Below are positions 58,319 through 64,000 of a stretch of DNA of 64,000 nt, piece by piece; position 1 is the first letter of the stretch; every line of letters begins with the position of its first letter. The stretch is from positions 23,688 to 87,687 of the IMG/VR virus record IMGVR_UViG_3300013372_003978, one strand, 5' to 3'. The position numbers and the translations under genes were made by a program. This stretch comes from a virus. The notes beneath the pieces were generated by a model that was given only the letters and a program-made list of their open reading frames with translations, searched no databases and had not been told where the DNA came from.

Positions 58319-58368
58319 TTCTTTGTTTATTTTTTTTATAATTGTCGAGATATGTTACCTCATTTGTT

Positions 58369-58376
58369 AATAAATA
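58369..58376 (-). promoter_or_regulatory. Putative late promoter TATTTATT
   Basis: AAAATAACACATATTTATT upstream of the scaffold-capsid operon. Confidence 0.6.
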
Positions 58377-58428
58377 TGTGTTATTTTACCAAAAACCATT
58401 TTTAACTTAAAAAAAGTTAAAAAAAATA

Positions 58429-59145
58429 TTAATCTATTAAAAATTTATCTAAGTTATTTAATAAATTTTCTTTCATCAAAGGTTTTTTAACCTCAGTATT
58501 TTCAACGTATGGTCTCATTTCTTCAATATTTCTACCAATCCAAGCATCTGGTGTTGATGGTGCGGTTACAACATCCCAACAAATAATTTCAAAATCTTCC
58601 TGAACTATTTGTTCACCATTTTTACCTTCTTTAAGTGAACCAACACCTCTAGAAGAAACACCAATCTTAATTCTATTTCTTAATAAGTTTGCAACCTCAT
58701 CACCTTTGGTTGATACAATACCGTAGTTAATAAACCCAGGAGTCATTAATATTTCCATCTTACCCATAAGTGTTTGGTTTTCCCACCATGTTTCAGTAAT
58801 GTTGTGTGATATTCTATCTCCAGCAATAACGCTTGATTCTGGGTGGTCTAATTCACCTACAGCTCTACGCTCACGGATTGCTTGTTGATAAAGTTTATCT
58901 TGACTTTTAAGTATTTGTTCTGGATAGATTCTACCATTACGGTTAAGGATACCGTATTTTTGTAATACCACATAAACTATAAGTGGTTCAACGATAGCAA
59001 CTCTATTACCGCTATCTAATTTTTTTATTTCGTTAATAAAAGGTTGGTTTCTAGGTTCATCAGGTGAAATAAATCCAGCATCATGCTCGATTAGAATCCC
59101 TGTCCCAGTTTGTCCTCTTTTTAATAATTTTATATCTTTATCCAT
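58429..59145 (-). CDS. Prohead protease (T4 gp21 family)
   Basis: NRNGRIYP, GELDHP, ISH, GVSSRGVGS, DVVTAPS. Confidence 0.95.
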   Translation of the reverse strand: MDKDIKLLKRGQTGTGILIEHDAGFISPDEPRNQPFINEIKKLDSGNRVAIVEPLIVYVVLQKYGILNRNGRIYPEQILKSQDKLYQQAIRERRAVGELDHPESSVIAGDRISHNITETWWENQTLMGKMEILMTPGFINYGIVSTKGDEVANLLRNRIKIGVSSRGVGSLKEGKNGEQIVQEDFEIICWDVVTAPSTPDAWIGRNIEEMRPYVENTEVKKPLMKENLLNNLDKFLID

Positions 59146-59160
59146 AGTATTGTTTATAGA

Positions 59161-59168
59161 TATAAATA
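59161..59168 (-). promoter_or_regulatory. Putative late promoter TATTTATA
   Basis: 15 nt before the protease ATG. Confidence 0.6.
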
Positions 59169-59180
59169 TGTAAATAAAAT

Positions 59181-59212
59181 AAAAAAACCCCTAATCATTA
59201 GATTAAGGGTTT
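59181..59212 (-). terminator. Intrinsic terminator
   Basis: aaaaaaacccctaatc-atta-gattaagggttt. Confidence 0.75.
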
Positions 59213-59216
59213 AGAA

Positions 59217-59660
59217 TTATATTTTTTTCTTGTGAAATTTAAAGGTTTTGTTATTATCAAAACAGGAATTAATTATTTTTTCTGTAACAAAATTTAATTT
59301 ATCTTTCATGTTTTCAGAATTAACGGGTATTTCAGAATTTAAAAAAAGTGTGATTTCACAATTGGTAAAGCTTCTTTTGCCATATCTTATTCCAGATTCT
59401 CTAATATCCAAATCTACAATAGTATTATTTTTTTTAATTTCTATTTCTGTTTTTGTATCAAAAATATTAAATAAAGTTTGTCTAACTTTTTTATTAATAT
59501 CTTTAATAACTCTACTATAAGATATTAATTCTTTATTTTGTGGTTCAGCCCATGCTGAGATGTTAATATAAACTGCTTTCGAATGCTTATTATCAACGCT
59601 GCCATAAACTATACTATAGTTTTTAAAGTTACTTACTTTTACTTCTTTTCCGTTTTTCAT
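59217..59660 (-). CDS. Hypothetical protein (own host-type promoter and terminator)
   Basis: 147 aa, basic, alpha/beta. Confidence 0.7.
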   Translation of the reverse strand: MKNGKEVKVSNFKNYSIVYGSVDNKHSKAVYINISAWAEPQNKELISYSRVIKDINKKVRQTLFNIFDTKTEIEIKKNNTIVDLDIRESGIRYGKRSFTNCEITLFLNSEIPVNSENMKDKLNFVTEKIINSCFDNNKTFKFHKKKI

Positions 59661-59689
59661 ATTTGTATAAATTTTTTATTTATTATATA

Positions 59690-59728
59690 CAAATATACGA
59701 AAAATTTACCAGGAAGTCAAGCCTGGTA
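59690..59728 (-). promoter_or_regulatory. Bacteroidota-type promoter TTG-N20-TATATTTG overlapped by a hairpin
   Basis: caaatata at 59690-59697; caa at 59718-59720; inverted repeat taccagg/cctggta at 59707-59728. Confidence 0.65.
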
Positions 59729-60070
59729 TTAATGAGCTATTTTAGACCAAATACTAACAACAATAGCAATTACAATTTGAACAAAAGTTATTATGGCAAT
59801 ACCAGCAGCTAACATAGTTTTTTGTTTATATATTTCGTCTTTAGCTTCTTTCATTTGAGTAGGTGACCAAACATCATTAACCTTCTCAATCCATGCACTA
59901 TTACTACCAACATTTTTTTCGATAGTTTTTACTTCACCTAATTTAAGATTAATTTCGTTAAAACGGTTATCAAAATCTGTACGCATTTTTTCGTGGTTAT
60001 CGTTAAGACGTTCTAATTCTTTAAGAACTAGTTTACCATATTCACCCCAGCTATCTTTTTCTCCCCCCAT
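59729..60070 (-). CDS. Coiled-coil protein with C-terminal transmembrane helix (holin/XhlA-like candidate)
   Basis: LAAGIAIITFVQIVIAIVVSIW hydrophobic segment. Confidence 0.55.
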   Translation of the reverse strand: MGGEKDSWGEYGKLVLKELERLNDNHEKMRTDFDNRFNEINLKLGEVKTIEKNVGSNSAWIEKVNDVWSPTQMKEAKDEIYKQKTMLAAGIAIITFVQIVIAIVVSIWSKIAH

Positions 60071-60071
60071 T

Positions 60072-60293
60072 TTATTTTAGTTTTTGTAATAGATTTGTTA
60101 TGTTATTGCACATATTTTCATAACACTTAATTTTTTCTTTAGGTGTTTTATTTTGCATTATTTCAGTTGTACTAGTTTCAACCACTTTTTTAACTTCAAC
60201 AATAATATCTTTGTAATTATCAGCATTAGTTTCGCTTAATTTAGCTGATAATCTCCTTAATTCTAAAATGTTTTCACTAGGAGTAGTATCCAT
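60072..60293 (-). CDS. Hypothetical protein
   Basis: 73-aa ORF in the operon. Confidence 0.6.
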   Translation of the reverse strand: MDTTPSENILELRRLSAKLSETNADNYKDIIVEVKKVVETSTTEIMQNKTPKEKIKCYENMCNNITNLLQKLK

Positions 60294-60307
60294 AATCTTT
60301 TTTTTTA

Positions 60308-61078
60308 TTAGTCGTTATTTTTAAGACTACTTTTTAACTCTACTAATTTTGATATGTTTTTGAAAAAGTTTTCATTAACTTCAATAGTGTCATTCAATAG
60401 TTTTTCCTTAACTTGTAATAATTTGTCTTTTGCGTTTAAATCAGCTTCTTTTAGGTTTTCATTGATTAAATCAATACACTCTTTAAGTGTTTTTTTGTAA
60501 ACCTCTTGCTTTTGGTCGTCAGTAGACTCTATTAAAACTTTAAGTATTTCTTTTTCATTTTCATCGAGAGTAGAATATCTCTCATTGTATTTTTCAACCA
60601 TAATAGTTGATAACATACTATTTGGTAATTCAATTGCTTCTTTAACAAGTTTTAATTTGTTATTCTTCATATGAATAATAATTTTAGAAGTTGCTTCAAC
60701 AATAGCATCAATGTTTTTAGATGTTTTCTTTAAGAATATTAATTCACTTAAATTTTCGTGTAATTCTTGTTTCTCATATGATTCATCTTCTATAGATATA
60801 GATTTTGCTAATTTCATATTAGCTTCTAATAAGTCTTTTTTTGAAAATTTATTTAAAAGAGCGATGTTTTCTTGTAGAAATAAATTAGCTTTAAATTCAT
60901 TCTCTTCAATTTTATTTTCTATATTGTTATACACCAAAAACTGAGTTTTAAGTGCTTCATTTTCTCTAATAGTTTTAATATATGTTTTGAAAATATTTTT
61001 ATTAGATTCTTTATCTCCAACAAAACTTTCAACTAATACTCCATTAAATGCGTTTTTTATTTTTCCGAAATTTTGCAT
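60308..61078 (-). CDS. Hypothetical head-assembly protein
   Basis: 256 aa, helical, many LxE motifs; between portal and protease. Confidence 0.6.
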   Translation of the reverse strand: MQNFGKIKNAFNGVLVESFVGDKESNKNIFKTYIKTIRENEALKTQFLVYNNIENKIEENEFKANLFLQENIALLNKFSKKDLLEANMKLAKSISIEDESYEKQELHENLSELIFLKKTSKNIDAIVEATSKIIIHMKNNKLKLVKEAIELPNSMLSTIMVEKYNERYSTLDENEKEILKVLIESTDDQKQEVYKKTLKECIDLINENLKEADLNAKDKLLQVKEKLLNDTIEVNENFFKNISKLVELKSSLKNND

Positions 61079-61093
61079 GTTTTTGCGTTTAAA

Positions 61094-61101
61094 TATAAAT
61101 A
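61094..61101 (-). promoter_or_regulatory. Putative late promoter TATTTATA
   Basis: AAATAACGATATTTATA, 15 nt before the ATG at 61078. Confidence 0.6.
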
Positions 61102-61125
61102 TCGTTATTTTCTACAAAAATTAAA

Positions 61126-63207
61126 TTATTCATCTAATATTTTATCAATACCTTTTATCATGTTAGATATGTCTTCATTTATTTTAACATTTTTATCATA
61201 AAGTTTTATTTTTTCATCGATTACTTCATGATTAGGCCTCATAGACTCAACTAATCTATTAAAATATATATCTTGATATTTTTTAGTTCTATGTTCTAAT
61301 TTTTTACCTAATATGTGTTTTTCTTCTTTTAATAAATTACCAACTTTATTAACTTTTTCAGCTACTGTTTCTGGTGCCCCTGCTTCTGGAGCCGCACCTG
61401 CCTCTGGTGTTGCTTCTGCACCTGCTTCTGGAGTAGCACCTGCCTCTGGTGCACCACCAGCTTCAGCCCCTCCAAAGTCTTCGCCAGGAACTTCTTCACC
61501 AGCTGTTTCATCACCAAAATCTAAATCTTCACCACCGACACTACCGCCACCGAAGCCACCGCCTCCGCCTCCTCCAGCAGGTGCTCCACCTTCTTCACTA
61601 CCACCAGCAGCACCGCCACCTTTAAGAGCAGCTTCAAAATCGCCATAAAGTCTATCAACATTATCAAACATACCAGTATGTTTAATTACATTTGCTGTAT
61701 TTGCTATTTCAGCAGCCGCAGCTTTCTCCATACGTTGTTCAAGTAAATCTTGTTTAATTTCATCATCAGACCAACCTAGGATTTCTCTGTGAGCTCTAGT
61801 CATAGACATTGTAGCAAATCCATTTCCTAAATCTTGTGTTGCTGCTTGGAATAAAGTAACTTTAAGTTGAGTTTGCTCTACTTTAAGCATTTCACCTTGC
61901 GTAGATGGATTATTAAGAGTAAGGGTAAAATTATCTAAATCGTCTTCAAATCCTAAGATATATAAATGAATAATAGCTATTTTATTAAGTTCTTGAATCA
62001 TTGATTGTTGGATTCTATTAATAGTTCTAGAAAAACGAATATCTTGGATTGCTAGGTTTTTACCATCACCTGATGTTTCTTCAAATCCTAAGAAAGGTTT
62101 AGGAACACGCAATGCTGTAAATAAGTTTCTTTGTAAGTATTCAATATCAGCAATTTGGTCTAAGTTACTAGCACCAGGTAACACATCAATTGGATTTGGA
62201 GCATCTTCAGTTCTAACTGGGATAAAGAAATCTTGGTCATTAGACATCATATTGTATCTAAGGTCAATTTGTCCAGTTTGTGGGTCAGTAATAGGCATAC
62301 GCTTAAATCTGTCCGCAATTTGATTTACGTATTGTTCAACATCGGCATCATCAATGTTACCGACAAAGATTTTATATACTCTACGCTCTGGAGCTCTAGT
62401 AACACGATATACAAGCATTGAATCTTCAGACAGAATAAGTTGTTTCCAAATACGTCTAGCTTTTTCCAATACTGAAGTACCATAAGGTAAACGTCTATCA
62501 TCACCTAAAAGTCTAAAGTGAGCAATTTGCCATGAATTAAATTCAATATCACGACCTCTCCAGAAAAATTTAACTTTATCACCAGCAGATTGTTCTTCGC
62601 TATGAGCTAATTCTCTACCTGATATCATATCAAATAATCCAGATTCTCTACGTTCCATTTCATAGTTAGGCATTTGTTTACCACCCATAATACCATGTTT
62701 CTCATCAATATTCATATAAACAAAATTATCACCGTATTTACATGTATTTCTAGTAAACATTGGTAATGCTGTATGCAAATCTAATCTATTAAAAAATAAG
62801 TCTTCTAGAATACTTTTAACACGTTTGCTATCAGAATAAATATTCATCATCTTACCCTTATCATTAAGGGTTGTCGATTCTTCCATCATTACATCTAAAG
62901 CAGCCGCAATAGTAGGATAAAATTCCATAGCTTCAAAATCTGAATAAGAACCAATACGAGTTGTTTCATAATTCATTGATTGTTGGAATAAACCACTCTC
63001 AACCTTTTTCCATACTTGTCCTAAATATTTGCTTTGTTGTGCTTGTAATTTAGCTTGTTCAAATTCAGCTTTATTATCGGTTTTTAGTAATTCACCTTTA
63101 CCAATATTATATTTTTGTGTTTGCTTAATTTGTGTTTTTGTTGCAGCATCTGGACCTAGGATTTGTCCTAGTCTTTGAAATACTGTTAAATTTTTATTTG
63201 TTGCCAT
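61126..63207 (-). CDS. Portal protein (T4 gp20 family)
   Basis: EDSMLVYRVTRAPERRVYKIFVGN, DFFIPVR, LPGASNL...DIEY...ALRVP; Gly/Glu/Ala-rich C-terminal linker. Confidence 0.95.
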   Translation of the reverse strand: MATNKNLTVFQRLGQILGPDAATKTQIKQTQKYNIGKGELLKTDNKAEFEQAKLQAQQSKYLGQVWKKVESGLFQQSMNYETTRIGSYSDFEAMEFYPTIAAALDVMMEESTTLNDKGKMMNIYSDSKRVKSILEDLFFNRLDLHTALPMFTRNTCKYGDNFVYMNIDEKHGIMGGKQMPNYEMERRESGLFDMISGRELAHSEEQSAGDKVKFFWRGRDIEFNSWQIAHFRLLGDDRRLPYGTSVLEKARRIWKQLILSEDSMLVYRVTRAPERRVYKIFVGNIDDADVEQYVNQIADRFKRMPITDPQTGQIDLRYNMMSNDQDFFIPVRTEDAPNPIDVLPGASNLDQIADIEYLQRNLFTALRVPKPFLGFEETSGDGKNLAIQDIRFSRTINRIQQSMIQELNKIAIIHLYILGFEDDLDNFTLTLNNPSTQGEMLKVEQTQLKVTLFQAATQDLGNGFATMSMTRAHREILGWSDDEIKQDLLEQRMEKAAAAEIANTANVIKHTGMFDNVDRLYGDFEAALKGGGAAGGSEEGGAPAGGGGGGGFGGGSVGGEDLDFGDETAGEEVPGEDFGGAEAGGAPEAGATPEAGAEATPEAGAAPEAGAPETVAEKVNKVGNLLKEEKHILGKKLEHRTKKYQDIYFNRLVESMRPNHEVIDEKIKLYDKNVKINEDISNMIKGIDKILDE

Positions 63208-63255
63208 ATTTTTTATTTTAATTATAATGTATTTATTTGAAAATTAAAGGGTTTT

Positions 63256-64000
63256 CTATCTAGAACCACTAAATAACCACATGTATTTACCTGTTGGGTC
63301 TTGCATGTTTTTAGAAACTACAGGGTTAAATTTAGGTGATTTATTTGCCACAACATGTCTATTTGCCACTGACACAAAACCATCACCAGGCATAGGTGTA
63401 GTTACAGGGTTATCCGTACCACCAGCAACCCAACTAGTTAACATAGCCTTGGTTTGTTTTTCAAGTCTTTCTAAATTTTTAAATGAATGTTCAATAACCC
63501 ACAAAGCCATACCAATAGCCATAAGTAAATCATCATGGTATCCTTCCATGTGGTCAGGACGACCATTTTTAAAGATAAATGTTTTCATTTCAGATACCAT
63601 TCTACTTGAACGTATTTTAATCCCGTTAGTTCTAATTTGATATTCAAGGTTTGAAATCATAGGTACACGGACACTAGTTGCATGAAAACCTGGTATTTTA
63701 TCTACTTTACCATGTGACGATAATTCTCTTTGTCTTGCAGAAAGAATTTTACCATTGGCATTATCGTAGTGAAGTCTTTTGTATTGGAATTCGAGTAATT
63801 TTAATACTGTTGATACACCCATACCACCAGTTACATCGACTACTGTATAAGCTTTATATAAATCACCATATTGTTCTACAATTTGAGCAAGTAAATCTGG
63901 TTGAATTTTACCTTGATATTCCATAACCTGTTCCATTGTCGTAACGTCAACTACAACGATTGTAGAAGCATCTTCACCATCACCCCTAGATACATCAACA
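63256..64000 (-). CDS. Terminase large subunit, C-terminal nuclease domain (5' part outside window)
   Basis: The frame extends to the window end with VDVSRGDGEDAS; also GYHDDLLMA; directly upstream of the portal gene. Confidence 0.92.
   Translation of the reverse strand, partial: VDVSRGDGEDASTIVVVDVTTMEQVMEYQGKIQPDLLAQIVEQYGDLYKAYTVVDVTGGMGVSTVLKLLEFQYKRLHYDNANGKILSARQRELSSHGKVDKIPGFHATSVRVPMISNLEYQIRTNGIKIRSSRMVSEMKTFIFKNGRPDHMEGYHDDLLMAIGMALWVIEHSFKNLERLEKQTKAMLTSWVAGGTDNPVTTPMPGDGFVSVANRHVVANKSPKFNPVVSKNMQDPTGKYMWLFSGSR

Noticed and set aside
4703-63926. Short alternative-frame or antisense ORFs (e.g. 4703, 5609, 9171, 15492, 49223, 57508, 57954, 61313, 63281)
   Set aside because: They overlap well-supported genes and reflect repeat or codon bias.
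1-64000. Alternative genetic code (TAG or TGA recoding, as in some large phages)
   Set aside because: Long genes are intact in code 11. TAG ends genes at 42252, 47777, 52811 and 63256, and TGA ends several genes in ATGA overlaps.
1-64000. tRNA, rRNA or intron sequences
   Set aside because: Intergenic gaps are short and AT-rich, with no cloverleaf or T-loop signature seen by eye; tRNAscan-SE and Infernal would confirm.

Overview
This 64 kb window comes from a large, very AT-rich T4-like (myovirus-type, probably jumbo) bacteriophage genome in the standard genetic code. The host is most likely in Bacteroidota: TTG-N19/20-TAnnTTTG promoters, A-rich leaders without Shine-Dalgarno sequences, and a signal peptide followed by Gln all point that way. 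In order it holds: (1) a family B DNA polymerase (1-3455, minus strand, cut by the window edge and absent from the ORF track); (2) a minus-strand tail-fibre/adhesin block with repeat-rich proteins and a 2OG-Fe(II) oxygenase (3580-17364); (3) plus-strand probable virion proteins, one with a WYL-like domain (17427-20139); (4) a ~27 kb plus-strand region dominated by glycan biosynthesis (20224-47054), with about 13 glycosyltransferase-like genes, gmd/fcl, a C-methyltransferase, a PRK-like kinase fusion, a class II aldolase and BcbE/BcbF-like enzymes, plus dut, guaC-like, HD and phoH genes; (5) a gp55-like sigma factor and baseplate genes; (6) the minus-strand head module (terminase, portal, protease, scaffold, major capsid protein). 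The best candidate for a new system is phage-encoded cytoplasmic glycosylation of the virion. The glycan locus has no export or polymerase genes, and the tail/baseplate proteins are visibly rich in a (S/T)-G-x-(T/S) motif that could be the acceptor sequon. Also notable are a probable late promoter (sense-strand TATTTATW, the reverse complement of the T4 late box) and a gene whose transcript ends are exactly complementary. All calls come from motif recognition by eye; no database searches were run.
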